Assembly (NCBI GenBank): GCA_046757025.1
Contig: JBHHXN010000052.1
Coordinates: 1-30,275, forward strand
Length of the DNA: 30,275 nt
From: a bacterium
GTDB taxonomy: Bacteria; Zhuqueibacterota; Zhuqueibacteria; Oceanimicrobiales; Oceanimicrobiaceae
Direction of reading: 5' to 3'
Of this stretch, positions 1 through 9,874 are shown piece by piece. A program made the position numbers and the translations under genes. Under the pieces are notes generated by a model that made no database searches, was not told the origin of the DNA, and saw only the letters and a list, made by a program, of their open reading frames with translations. Position 1 is the first letter of the stretch; each line of letters opens with the position of its first letter.

Positions 1-756
1 GGCAATCTGTACATCAATATTCACACTTCCAGCAATCAGCCGGGCGAGATCCGCGGACAGATCGGCGAACAAATGTTTTTTGCGGCCCTGGACACCGCTC
101 AATCCATTCCTCCGCCAGCTATGGCTTCCTCGGCCAGCGGGACCGGCGTGGTGCGGTTGAATCCGGCCATGAATGCGGCGAAGTTCGATCTCACCGTTTG
201 TGATCTGACCGGACCCCTTGCAGCTGCACACTTTCACAACGGCGCGGCCGGCGCCACAGGTGGGGTGGTACGAACCATCACCAACGACTTCGACGGCAAC
301 ACCGCCACCGGCGTTTGGTTGACCACCGATATGGAACCTTTAAACGAACAGATGGTTTCGGAGCTGCAGGCCGGTAATCTGTACTTCAATATTCACACCG
401 CAGCCAATCAGCCCGGTGAAATTCGCGGTCAGGTAAATCCTGCGAGTTTGATCACCAGCGTTGAGAGATTGCCTGGCCTTACGAATATTCCGCGTGAGTT
501 CGATCTGTTTCAAAATTTCCCCAATCCATTTAATCCGGCCACGGAAATTCGATTCAATCTCAGACAGGCCAGCCGTACCATCTTGAGGATATTCAATATG
601 GTGGGTCAGGAAGTGGCCACGCCTCTCGATGCGCACCTGGAGGCCGGCGCCTACAAAGTGACTTTCGACGCAAAGCGACTGCCTTCGGGCGTTTACATGT
701 ATCGTCTGGAGTCGCTGGGGCTGGTAGAGGTGCGAAAGATGATCCTGCTCAAATAA
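1..756 (+). CDS. CHRD-repeat secreted protein with C-terminal FlgD-Ig/T9SS-like sorting domain (5'-truncated by the window edge)
   Basis: Frame is open from base 1 (GNLYINIHTSSNQPGEIRGQ, the end of one CHRD domain). A full CHRD follows (AAHFH...GNLYFNIHTAANQPGEIRGQ), then QNFPNPFNP...SGVYMYRL...RKMILLK. The ATG at 73 is internal. Confidence 0.9.
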   Translation, partial: GNLYINIHTSSNQPGEIRGQIGEQMFFAALDTAQSIPPPAMASSASGTGVVRLNPAMNAAKFDLTVCDLTGPLAAAHFHNGAAGATGGVVRTITNDFDGNTATGVWLTTDMEPLNEQMVSELQAGNLYFNIHTAANQPGEIRGQVNPASLITSVERLPGLTNIPREFDLFQNFPNPFNPATEIRFNLRQASRTILRIFNMVGQEVATPLDAHLEAGAYKVTFDAKRLPSGVYMYRLESLGLVEVRKMILLK

Positions 757-845
757 TTTCGTCCTGAATCACATTGTGGTATCCAACTATTTTGGATAAA
801 ATTTAGTCTGGCAGCTAAATAAACCGCATATCTCAGGTGGACAAA

Positions 846-884
846 GATGATGGCCGGCAGACAAACAGGTTGCCGGTCATTGTC
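846..884 (+). terminator. 15-bp stem-loop downstream of the CHRD gene, possible terminator or mRNA stabiliser
   Basis: GATGATGGCCGGCAG (846-860) pairs with TTGCCGGTCATTGTC (870-884) using G-U wobbles; only a weak T tract follows. Confidence 0.45.
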
Positions 885-1085
885 ATTTAATGTGCTTCAT
901 CAAGGTTTTCAACTACCAAAAATGAATTCACTGGTTTCATGGTTAGATGAAAATGAGTTGATTTTATTTTACCCCGACTGCTCTTTCCGATAAACAGGTG
1001 AGTCAATTCAGATCACTTACGCAAAGGCTTTTCATACCGAAACGCTCTGACATTTTTAATTCTAATTGAATCTTGAGGAGACATC

Positions 1086-2102
1086 ATGAAGAAAAATATC
1101 ATACATAATTCACTACTTTGTTTGTGTTTCTTTTTTGGATTTTTATTAAAAGCGCTACCGGCTCAGACCACCGTGGTTCTGTCTGCAAGCAAGGACAACA
1201 CCCTGTTCGAGCACATCTCTGGTGCTTTGAGTAACGGCAGCGGCAGCCATTTTTTTGTTGGCAACAACAATCAAAACCTGATCCGGCGAGGCTTGATCGC
1301 CTTTGATTTGACCCGTAGTGAGATTCCGGCCAAAGCAATTGTGGATAGCGTGGAGCTGATTTTACACATGTCGCGTTCGCGTGGCACCACCGAAACCATC
1401 GCCCTGCACCGCGTTACATCGAATTGGGGCGAAGGCGCCTCTGCGGCTACCGGCAACGAAGGCAGCGGCGCCCCGGCGCAAACCGGCGACGCCACCTGGA
1501 TGCATGCTTTTTTTAATGATTCCTTGTGGGATAATCCCGGTGGCGATTTCCTCGATTCTTTAAGCGCCAGTCAGACGGTGGGGATCGAAGGTGTTTATTC
1601 CTGGGGCTTCAGTAAGCGAATGGCAACCGACGTGCAGTTCTGGCTGCAGCATCCAACTGAAAATGACGGCTGGATACTTATTGGGGGCGAGTCCGGTCCG
1701 GGCAGCGCCAAACGGTTCGACTCACGCAGCCATCCCATGGAGAGCAATCGGCCGCTGTTGCGGGTGATGTTTTCCATGCCCACCTCGGTTTCCGAAAATG
1801 AACCCAGCCCGCCGGTGGAGTTTGCTTTACAGCAGAATTATCCCAATCCCTTCAATCCGAATACCACCATCGTGTATTCAATTCCGCCTGGGGTCGGCAC
1901 CACGTTTGTGCAGTTGGTCATCTACAATTTGCAGGGGCAGACAGTGCGAACCCTGGTGCGGGAAAATCGGTTATCCGGACGGCACACCATTGAATGGGCT
2001 GGCCGCAACGATGCGGGCGCAGAGGTCTCAAGCGGCATCTACTTTGTCCGGCTCACGTCGGCGGGTACGGTATTATCGCGTAAGATGACCTTGCTGCGCT
2101 GA
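1086..2102 (+). CDS. Secreted DNRLRE-domain protein with C-terminal FlgD-Ig/T9SS-like domain
   Basis: GAGGAG RBS; signal peptide; ASKDNTLFE...RRGLIAFDL...W-PGGDF...NDGWIL...RPLLRV pattern; C-terminal QNYPNPFNP...SSGIYFVRL...RKMTLLR. Confidence 0.85.
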   Translation: MKKNIIHNSLLCLCFFFGFLLKALPAQTTVVLSASKDNTLFEHISGALSNGSGSHFFVGNNNQNLIRRGLIAFDLTRSEIPAKAIVDSVELILHMSRSRGTTETIALHRVTSNWGEGASAATGNEGSGAPAQTGDATWMHAFFNDSLWDNPGGDFLDSLSASQTVGIEGVYSWGFSKRMATDVQFWLQHPTENDGWILIGGESGPGSAKRFDSRSHPMESNRPLLRVMFSMPTSVSENEPSPPVEFALQQNYPNPFNPNTTIVYSIPPGVGTTFVQLVIYNLQGQTVRTLVRENRLSGRHTIEWAGRNDAGAEVSSGIYFVRLTSAGTVLSRKMTLLR

Positions 2103-2390
2103 GCCTGGGTGCTTGACAGCGTTGCGATTCGTAGATACGGATTAAGAGGATGGATTTCGCATCCGTGTGAAAACAGGTAAAGGCTCTAACTTTCGTTAAA
2201 AGTTTTCATCGAAGCAAGGTATGTTAACGGTGTTAAAAGTCGGGGGGGGGGATGCCTGACTCCGGATGTGGCCTTCTTTCAGCAGGTGTTCATCTAATTC
2301 AGATTCAAGAATGGGTTTGAAAAAAAATCATCAAGGTCAGCAAACTAAATTTTGAAAATACACTAAATTCCGGTCTGGCTATTTTTTTAC

Positions 2391-2419
2391 TTGCGTTTTC
2401 CATAATTATTGAATATTCT
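2391..2419 (+). promoter_or_regulatory. Putative sigma70 promoter for the SusD-like gene
   Basis: TTGCGT-17 nt-TATTCT about 160 bp upstream of ATG 2581. Confidence 0.4.
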
Positions 2420-2580
2420 TTTCGAAGAGGAACCTTTTCTTCACACACACATTCTTTCAGGCAAATCAAAGAGGTGTTCCGGGCGACTGCGCCGCGAATC
2501 TTTTGGCTTTCAAATCCGGCTCGACTGTTGAGGTAGAGTTCCTTGCATTTTATTTTAAGAAAATTTCAAGAGGAGACGCC

Positions 2581-4146
2581 ATGAAAATCTCAAAAGCGTT
2601 TTTGAGTTTATGGGCAGGAATGATTCTGGCTGGAGCCCTGGACAGCTGTCGGGATTTGAGCGTGGTGAACGAGAACGCCCCGGACCGAGAACGGGTATTG
2701 GCCGACCCACAAAACGTCGAAAGCATCATCGGTAACAGTTTTCTTAGATACTGGCAGTCCGTGCATCAGTACTATCCCGCTCTCACCATTTCAACTCTGG
2801 CAGATGAGCTGTCATCCTCCTGGTGTCACGGCACATATTATCTTTCTTCGGAGCCGCGGGTAGCCTGGGACAACGACCCGGCGTTTCGTTACAAAGGACT
2901 TACCGAGCGTCCCTGGTATCTGGCTTATGACGCCATCACCATGGCCATAGACGGTTCGAAGCGTATCGAAAACGGCATGCGCATCATTGACAACGAAGGT
3001 GTAGATCAAACCATACGCGCAAAGGCTTTCGCCAAATTCGTAATGGGCCTGGCCTATGGTCATCTGGGCTGCTTCTTCGATCAGGCGTTTATTCTGGATG
3101 AATCCCATGATCTGGAATCGGGTGATATCAACCTTGAATCGTATCTTGACGTAGTGGCTTTTGCGATTAGCCTGCTGGAAGAAACCATCGCACTGTGTGA
3201 GATGAACGTATTTGTTTTGCCGGAAACCTGGATCAACGGACTGGCGCTGGATGAGAAGGAATTGCAAAGATTAGCTCATTCCTATGCGGCGCGCTACCTG
3301 GCTTCGGTGGGGCGCAGCTCGGCCGAACGCGAGGCTGCGGACTGGGAAAAAATCAAGTATCATGCAGACCGCGGCATCACCCAGGATTTTGCGCCCATCG
3401 GCGACGGTCAGTTTTGGTGGCAGGGCACGCACTATCTGGGCCAGAACGCTTTATGGACGCGCGCCGACTACAAAACCATCGGCTGGGCCGATACCTCGGG
3501 CGCCCACGATGCCTGGCTCGCGGCACCCCTTTCGGAGCGAAACTGGTATCTGATCCACACCGACGACCGGCGCATCACCGGCGGGCATCCAGAAAAAGAC
3601 GGCACCGATTTCGCGTACGCCGGCCAGCCGAGTTTTCGTCCCCATCGCGGAATCTATCACTTTTCCGGCTATGTGCACAAGCGCTACCGCGACCATTATT
3701 TGAACCAGGGCATCGGTGCCATGGTGTGTTTTATGGTTGCCGAGTTGAATCTTCTGAAGGCCGAATTCTATTTGAGACAGGGGGATGCCGTGAGCGCCGC
3801 AGTGGAAATCAACAAAACCAGAGTAAGCCGCGGCGGCTTAAAGCCAGCAGCTGCCATTGACGGCATCGGCACGGTGTATGATCAAAGAGATCCCAGAGGC
3901 AGTCTCTGGGCACAGATGAAATACGAAAAAGGCGTGGAATGTTTTGTGGGCCAGGCTCTGGTAGCATTCTATGATCGCCGGGGCTGGGAGGAGCTGGTGA
4001 CGAATACACCGATTCATTTTCCGATTCCCGGTCGCGACCTGGAGATTCTGATGATGGATAATTACACCTTTGGCGGCGGCGGGGCCGGTTCCGCCCCCAA
4101 AAGCCAAAATTCCCCGTCACCATTGTATGAACCGGACTGTTTTTGA
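2581..4146 (+). CDS. RagB/SusD-like outer-membrane lipoprotein
   Basis: RBS GAGGAG before ATG 2581 (preferred over the TTG at 2503); signal ending in LDSC; motifs AKFVMGLAYGHL, ELNLLKAEFYLR, AAVEINKTR, MKYEK, FYDRRGW, HFPIPGRDL. Confidence 0.78.
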   Translation: MKISKAFLSLWAGMILAGALDSCRDLSVVNENAPDRERVLADPQNVESIIGNSFLRYWQSVHQYYPALTISTLADELSSSWCHGTYYLSSEPRVAWDNDPAFRYKGLTERPWYLAYDAITMAIDGSKRIENGMRIIDNEGVDQTIRAKAFAKFVMGLAYGHLGCFFDQAFILDESHDLESGDINLESYLDVVAFAISLLEETIALCEMNVFVLPETWINGLALDEKELQRLAHSYAARYLASVGRSSAEREAADWEKIKYHADRGITQDFAPIGDGQFWWQGTHYLGQNALWTRADYKTIGWADTSGAHDAWLAAPLSERNWYLIHTDDRRITGGHPEKDGTDFAYAGQPSFRPHRGIYHFSGYVHKRYRDHYLNQGIGAMVCFMVAELNLLKAEFYLRQGDAVSAAVEINKTRVSRGGLKPAAAIDGIGTVYDQRDPRGSLWAQMKYEKGVECFVGQALVAFYDRRGWEELVTNTPIHFPIPGRDLEILMMDNYTFGGGGAGSAPKSQNSPSPLYEPDCF

Positions 4147-4179
4147 AGCCACTAAAACTCGAGTATAATTGGTCAGACC

Positions 4180-7100
4180 GTGAAATCGTACCTGTTAAGC
4201 ATTCTGCTTGTCTTTGTTTTTTTCTTGAGCTGCCGCATCAAACCGGTGGTTCGATTTGAAAAATTGCCGGATCGGCCCATTCCACAGATCTCCCGTGAGC
4301 TGCGCGGGGTGTGGGTTACGCGGTTCAACTGGGCGCATCCCCATGCGGATACCATGAAACAGCGCATCACCGACTACATGCAGCAAATTGCCGATGACCG
4401 TTTCAATGCGGTATTTTTTCAGGTGCGTGGACAAGCGGAGACGCTTTACCCTTCGCCATTGGAGCCCTGGTCGAAGCTGGTGGAGGCCAGAGATCCGGGA
4501 TTTGATCCCGTGGAGCTGGCCATTCGAGAAGCCCACGGCCACGGACTAAAATTCTACGCGTACATCAACCTCCTGCCGCTATGGAATGAAGAATCTCCTC
4601 CCTCTGCTCCTGACCATTTGTATTTCAAGCACGGCCCAAAGGTAGCTCTCCAAAACAGTTGGCTGTGTTTTGGCGAGGACGGTAAACCCATGCGGCGCAA
4701 CGAATATTTTTACATGAACCCGGCGCTGCCGGCAGTGAAAACCTATCTCAAAAAAGTCATCCATCATTTTGTGAGTAAGTACGATATTGACGGTTTGCAT
4801 TTTGACCGCATTCGTTATCCGGGCCCGAACTATCTTCATGATCCCTTCACCCTGAAATATTTTCGAGCGGACAGTCTGCGCTCGCCCATCACAAAAGACG
4901 AGTGGGCACGCCGCCAGTTGACCGACCTGGTGGAAGACGTGGTGGCCGAAGCGCTGCTCATCAAACCGTATCTGGTCAATTCCGCCGCCACCTGGGGGCT
5001 GTTCCATACCGTGGATATGCCGGATTACGCGCATTTCAACTCCGGCTATCATCAGTACTACCAGGACGCCATCGACTGGCTGGACCGCGGCATTCTCGAT
5101 TTCATCGTACCGATGATTTACTGGGACATCCCGGATCCGCTGCCCAATTTTGACGATCTCTGGCTGGATTTCAAGAAACGTACGCCTAACTACCGCTATG
5201 TTTTTCCCGGTGTGCGTGTGCGGCCCAATTTGCTGGCCAACGGCGAAACCGTCAGCCAGATCAACTTTGTGCGCCAGAACGGCGGGTTCGGTACTGTGAT
5301 GTTTGATTATCGAGCCCTGCGCGGCGAAGGTCACAAAATTGTACAGGAAATCATTCATTTGGGAAAAGTCAAACTGCCGGCAAATCTCAAGCGAAACAAA
5401 GCCGAAAAGGTGGTGAGTTTGGATTTGCGAAACCAGTTGAAAAATAGTACTTCGGAGCGAATTCTTGTCAGTTTTGCCGGGGGCCGTTCAAAACAGCTCG
5501 ATTCAGCGGGCCGATTTGGCGCCATTTTGACTCGCCGGCCGCAGCGACTGCTCTTAAAAACCGATAGAGCAAAAATCGATCTCGACACCCGCTGGTGGCA
5601 AACGCCTTATGATTATGCGGTGCAAACCGACAGCACCGTCACACGCACGCAGCCGTGGGTGGAGTTCCGACGCATGCCAGCGGATACCACCGCGCAGTCG
5701 GAATTTCACCTGCTGTGCAAAACCGCCTATCCGGCGCGGGCCTGGATCAACGGCGATTCGGTGAAAGTGTACCGCACCGGCATCTTTTTCGATAAAATCA
5801 AATTGGCACCGGGGGCAAATCGCGTCCGCGCCCGAATCGTGACCGCAGATTCGCGGGAAGCGATTTATGAGCGTGAATTTTTTTACCGCAAAACCGATCA
5901 AATGCGGCAGCCGTTTCCCCTCTGGATCGACGAAAAATCGGTTGAGCCCTCCATGGATTTAACGCTGGTGCCCACAGAGCGCGTGCGGCTCGAATTTAAA
6001 GGCTCCAGAGGGCAGCGGGCGCTGGCGCAGGTCCAGCCCGGCAATCTCAAGTTGAATTTATCGCGCCGGGATTTTTCCGATTACAGTCTGTACCAGGCCG
6101 AACTGCCGCTGCGGATTTTAAAATTACATAAAAAGCATTCAATGAAATTCATCCTCAAGTCCGCACCTGAGTCAAATACGCAGGATAAATTGGAACTCGC
6201 ACTTTCCAACACTATTCAGGTAAGCGAGCCGGACGAGCTGCCACTGCTCAAAACTACACAGTCGAATGCTATTTTATACCAGAGTCTCGGAAGCATCCGG
6301 CTGGGTCCGCCGATCATTGCCGAGTATCCGCCAGGTGTGTTGTTGCAAGCGAGCGGTAAATTCGGTGAGCGCTACCGCATCCAATTGGACTCGAATCAGG
6401 AGGGTTATATTCACCAAGACAGCGTTGAGGAGCTGCCGTCGGCCAGCGGGCGGCCGTCTTACTTTTTGCAGTCCCTGTTCTGCGCCCCGGATACCGGGTT
6501 TGACCGCGTGCGCATTCCCTATCCGCAACCGCTGCCGTATGCGGTGCATCCGCAGCCGGAACAAAAACGCATCGTGGTTTCCCTGTACGGCGTCAAAACC
6601 AGTAGCACCTGGGTTACCCACCGCCGAAACCGCCGGCTGATCGAGCGGGTAACCTGGCGGCAAGCCGCGCCGGAAACGTATCAGGTGATCGTGCATTTGA
6701 AGAGCGCTAAAATCTGGGGATACGAGCTCAAACCCGAAGGCGCTTCCTTGATTTTGCGGGTGAAATATCCCCCTGTGCTGAGTCGTGCGGATTCCGTACG
6801 CACTTTGTCCGGATTAAAAGTGGCCATCGAAGCCGGGCACGGCGGCAGCAGTCTGGGCGCCATAGGATTATCGGGTGTGCTGGAGAAAGATATCAATCTG
6901 GATTTAGCACAAAAGCTGGCGGCAATTCTGCAAGAAAAGGGAGCGCAAATTCTGCAAGTTCGTGAACGCGATGAAACCGTGTTTCTCTCCGCCAAACACA
7001 GCGCGGTTGAAAATTCCGATGCGCACCTGCTGGTGAGCCTTCATGCCAATTCCGGCGGATTGGGGGGAGGCTATCTGCGGGTGGGCGGCACCAGCACCTA

Positions 7101-7365
7101 CTATCACAATCCCTTCTGGGCGAAATTTGCCGAAATCGTTTACGAGCATTTGCTGGAGCTGGACCTGGCAGAATTCGGGGTAGTGGGCTCGTTTAACTAC
7201 CGAGTCACGCGCATATCCTCCCGGCCGGCAATTTTGGTTGAGCAAGCCTTCCTGAGTCATGCTGGCGACGAAGAGAAGCTCACCGACGACGCTTTCCGCC
7301 AGCAGATGGCCGTGAAGATCGGCGACGGCATCCGCGAATATGTGGATTTTATGATGGAAAAATAA
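4180..7365 (+). CDS. Lipoprotein fusing a family-10-like glycoside hydrolase (GHL10/YddW-DigH type) to an N-acetylmuramoyl-L-alanine amidase (Amidase_3)
   Basis: Lipobox FLSC; N-terminal ELRGVWV, FFQVR, DGLHFDRIRYP, YQDAIDW, IVPMIY; C-terminal AGHGG, EKDINL, SLHANS, AILVE (Zn ligands and catalytic Glu present). Confidence 0.88.
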   Translation: MKSYLLSILLVFVFFLSCRIKPVVRFEKLPDRPIPQISRELRGVWVTRFNWAHPHADTMKQRITDYMQQIADDRFNAVFFQVRGQAETLYPSPLEPWSKLVEARDPGFDPVELAIREAHGHGLKFYAYINLLPLWNEESPPSAPDHLYFKHGPKVALQNSWLCFGEDGKPMRRNEYFYMNPALPAVKTYLKKVIHHFVSKYDIDGLHFDRIRYPGPNYLHDPFTLKYFRADSLRSPITKDEWARRQLTDLVEDVVAEALLIKPYLVNSAATWGLFHTVDMPDYAHFNSGYHQYYQDAIDWLDRGILDFIVPMIYWDIPDPLPNFDDLWLDFKKRTPNYRYVFPGVRVRPNLLANGETVSQINFVRQNGGFGTVMFDYRALRGEGHKIVQEIIHLGKVKLPANLKRNKAEKVVSLDLRNQLKNSTSERILVSFAGGRSKQLDSAGRFGAILTRRPQRLLLKTDRAKIDLDTRWWQTPYDYAVQTDSTVTRTQPWVEFRRMPADTTAQSEFHLLCKTAYPARAWINGDSVKVYRTGIFFDKIKLAPGANRVRARIVTADSREAIYEREFFYRKTDQMRQPFPLWIDEKSVEPSMDLTLVPTERVRLEFKGSRGQRALAQVQPGNLKLNLSRRDFSDYSLYQAELPLRILKLHKKHSMKFILKSAPESNTQDKLELALSNTIQVSEPDELPLLKTTQSNAILYQSLGSIRLGPPIIAEYPPGVLLQASGKFGERYRIQLDSNQEGYIHQDSVEELPSASGRPSYFLQSLFCAPDTGFDRVRIPYPQPLPYAVHPQPEQKRIVVSLYGVKTSSTWVTHRRNRRLIERVTWRQAAPETYQVIVHLKSAKIWGYELKPEGASLILRVKYPPVLSRADSVRTLSGLKVAIEAGHGGSSLGAIGLSGVLEKDINLDLAQKLAAILQEKGAQILQVRERDETVFLSAKHSAVENSDAHLLVSLHANSGGLGGGYLRVGGTSTYYHNPFWAKFAEIVYEHLLELDLAEFGVVGSFNYRVTRISSRPAILVEQAFLSHAGDEEKLTDDAFRQQMAVKIGDGIREYVDFMMEK

Positions 7366-7496
7366 ATCCTACCATGTTAAGACGCATTTTGATTCTATGG
7401 TGATGCAGCGGTAAATTATTTTGTGACAGTCCTTTTCGCATAGAGCTGCATGGATTTCTGCAATATGAAATTAGGGAGGGGTGTTCAGGATTCAGT

Positions 7497-7651
7497 GCCA
7501 GTGTGAAAACACATAAATCGTCAACTCTGTCATTCCGCAGGCATCTTTGTAGTTTGGTCGTAAATTTCTGTTTATTAAAAAGATTCCTCCTGAATGACAT
7601 CGAAGTAGAGCAGATTTGAAAAGGAACTCAATTGTCCTTTTCACACAGTCT
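7497..7651. mobile_element. Degenerate MITE/REP-like element
   Basis: Imperfect terminal inverted repeats GCCAGTGTGAAAA (7497) and TTTTCACACAGTC (7638) enclose an internal stem GTCATTC...ATCTTT / AAAGAT...GAATGAC (7529-7598). Confidence 0.45.
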
Positions 7652-7670
7652 ATTCAGCCTGGGGTTGCAT

Positions 7671-7699
7671 AAAAAAAATTCCCCATGCTTGAGTGGAGT
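7671..7699 (-). terminator. Possible intrinsic terminator of the minus-strand pseudogene
   Basis: Minus strand reads CTCCA-ctcaagca-TGGGG followed by AATTTTTTTT, just after the stop at 7705. Confidence 0.35.
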
Positions 7700-7704
7700 C
7701 AATC

Positions 7705-9059
7705 TTACTTCGTCAAAACCAGCTTTTTCACATTTTCAACACCTCCTGCTTTTATCCAATAAAAATATATTCCGCTTGCAAGCCGGTTTCCGGCGTCGTC
7801 CGTGCCATCCCAGAAGATGGGGTGAGAGCCGGCTTCGTACTCCACATTGCGAAGTAAAGTACGGATATTCTGGCCGTGCAGGTTGTAAATTATTAGTGTT
7901 ACCTGCGAGGCCTCCTGTAGGTCGAACTCAATCGTCGTTTCTGGTTTGAAAGGATTGGGGTACTCTGGTAAAGTGCGAAGCTTGCCGGTGTTGGCGGCGG
8001 TTCCTCTGCAATGCCTTTTTTCGCCTCCGCAAAGATGGTGTCGGAGGCAAGCCCGAAGAATTCATCCCACGAGTACGCCCAGAGTTTTAGATGAAATGGA
8101 GTGTATAACATATCGGGAAAGGTCACGGTATGGAAGGATTCGTAGGTGGTATCGGCTGGTAAAACGATTCTTAGCGAGTCTTCCGAGAGATCCATCGCGT
8201 CATAAACTGTGGTGAACCCCGGCTCAGTACTTATGTTCCAGCCGATTACATGCCTTTCAATGCAACCGGATCGCCGGGATTTAGAACCGAGACGCTAACT
8301 TCCGCCTGGGGTTTTTTCGGCGGGGTCGCGTAACCGAACCCGGCGAAAATTTCTCCGTCCGAGTCGACAGAGAATTTTATCGGAGAGTAAGCATCTATCC
8401 GTAATATAACCCGGACAGAGTCCCTGTTCGTCAGTTCTCCAAGGATAAGGCTAGCGATTGAGTCAGGTAGCGTATTTTCATACGCCACAATTCCCTAATC
8501 ACCTTCAAATTCAGCCATGATCATGTCGGTTCGAGGGATTGTTCTGATCCAGAAGCCTTCCCATCTTCTCATCCCCCGATTCCATTGCTGGATTACCATA
8601 TCCAGAGTTTGGTTCCATTCACCTGCATGGGGAGCGACAAAATGAAATTAGACGGTTTTTATTTTAGCCTCTTTCTGGAACGAATCAGCGTGAACAACGT
8701 TGTTGACAAAGTTGAAAACGCCGATAAGATTTTTAATTTTTTTTTCTATTTGTCGGGTTTAACGAATCGCTCGATTGCAGAAGGCGATCAATAGTTATGC
8801 TTTCTGACCCATTTGAGTCAGAAACGGATATCACCATTCCTTCTTTAACAGCAGAGTTTATCCAAACCGTATCAGGGCTACCTGTCACTGTTTTTGTACA
8901 ATCTCCCCACGTTATAGTCAGAGGATCTGTTGCATTCAACACTTTTAGCTTTACTCTCTGGGAAAAAACTTCCAAAATTTGAATTGCAGGTTGAGAATAG
9001 GTGTTAGAGCAAATGAAAGAAACAAAGCAAACCACCAATAGCAATTTCGTCATGTTCAT
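7705..9059 (-). pseudogene. Pseudogene of a secreted protein with FlgD-Ig/T9SS-like C-terminal domain
   Basis: ORF fragments 8733-9059 (signal peptide), 8246-8488 and 7899-8195 join into one gene. Lesions: frameshift in an A9 run near 8740, in-frame stops at 8648-8650 and 8495-8497, a frameshift near 8250, and a 1-nt loss near 7964. The shifted frame then reads YPNPFKPETTIEFD...WDGTDDAGNRLASGIYFY...KKLVLTK*. Confidence 0.85.
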
Positions 9060-9282
9060 GGTATCACCCTTAATTTACTATTGTCAAAGGTACTTTGCTA
9101 ATTCGATTTATTGAACGATCATTACCTGTTTGGCACCGTCGAATATCCCCTTCCGACTTAAAAAGCATTTTCTATCTAAGTGTTAAAAGACGGTATCTTC
9201 CGTAGATATTTTAGCATCTGTATTCGTTAACGCTTTGCGAGCAAAATCAGAAACTAGTGAGGCATTCAAATATCAGTTGGTC

Positions 9283-9543
9283 TCATTTTTGTGTGGCTAT
9301 TTTCTCGGTTATCCATGCCTCGAGTAAGGCTTCAGGACTCATATTCATGTGGCGTGCTTGAGCTTTTACTTTTTTGAACATTTCAAGGTCGATTCCAATA
9401 TACTGCTTTCTTTTTAACTTGAATTCGACCTCAACTTCTTCGGTACCTTCAAATTCAAATAAGCTGTGTTCGTCCCAAAACTCTGAAGCCTCTGCCATGG
9501 TCATGTTTTGAGGCGGCTTTGCTTTTTTATTATTTTTTGCCAT
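9283..9543 (-). CDS. BrnA/CopG-family antitoxin
   Basis: EASEFWDEH motif and C-terminal ribbon-helix-helix-like segment (IGIDLEMFKKVKAQA...LLEAWITEKI), directly downstream of the BrnT-like gene. Confidence 0.8.
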   Translation of the reverse strand: MAKNNKKAKPPQNMTMAEASEFWDEHSLFEFEGTEEVEVEFKLKRKQYIGIDLEMFKKVKAQARHMNMSPEALLEAWITEKIATQK

Positions 9544-9547
9544 AGCG

Positions 9548-9817
9548 TTACTTTTCCACTTTGTTCATATTTCTTGCTGAAATAATCAATGCACGATGGC
9601 CATGCTTTCTGATATAAAAAACCGATAGGTATCTTCCTTCTTGTGTTCTTCCTAAAGCATTATAAACATCTTCACCGTCAATTTTCCCCTTCTGGTTTCG
9701 AAAATGTCGAGTTGACCGCGAAGCCAGGATTTTTTCAACTTCTGAGGGAACCACGCGGTGTTTCCATGCCAGTTTCTCGACAACGTAATGAAGCCAGATG
9801 ATTTCCTCAAAGACCAA
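9548..9817 (-). CDS. brnT: BrnT-family ribonuclease toxin (apparently C-terminally clipped)
   Basis: GGGAGG RBS before TTG; KLAWKHRV...EVE...ALGRT..GRYL..FY...IISAR motif; typical toxin-first order. Confidence 0.82.
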   Translation of the reverse strand: MVFEEIIWLHYVVEKLAWKHRVVPSEVEKILASRSTRHFRNQKGKIDGEDVYNALGRTQEGRYLSVFYIRKHGHRALIISARNMNKVEK

Positions 9818-9874
9818 AGTGACCTCCCGAATTCGCTGTCACATGCAGATAACAGAAATGATTCTATTGTAGTT

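Noticed and set aside
2503..2580. N-terminal extension of the SusD-like ORF, or a susC 3' remnant (GSTVEVEF)
   Set aside because: RBS and signal peptide point to ATG 2581; the short resemblance is not followed by a stop and could be chance.
4579..5358. 259-aa antisense ORF and other short overlapping ORFs
   Set aside because: They lie opposite or inside well-supported genes and show no recognisable motifs.
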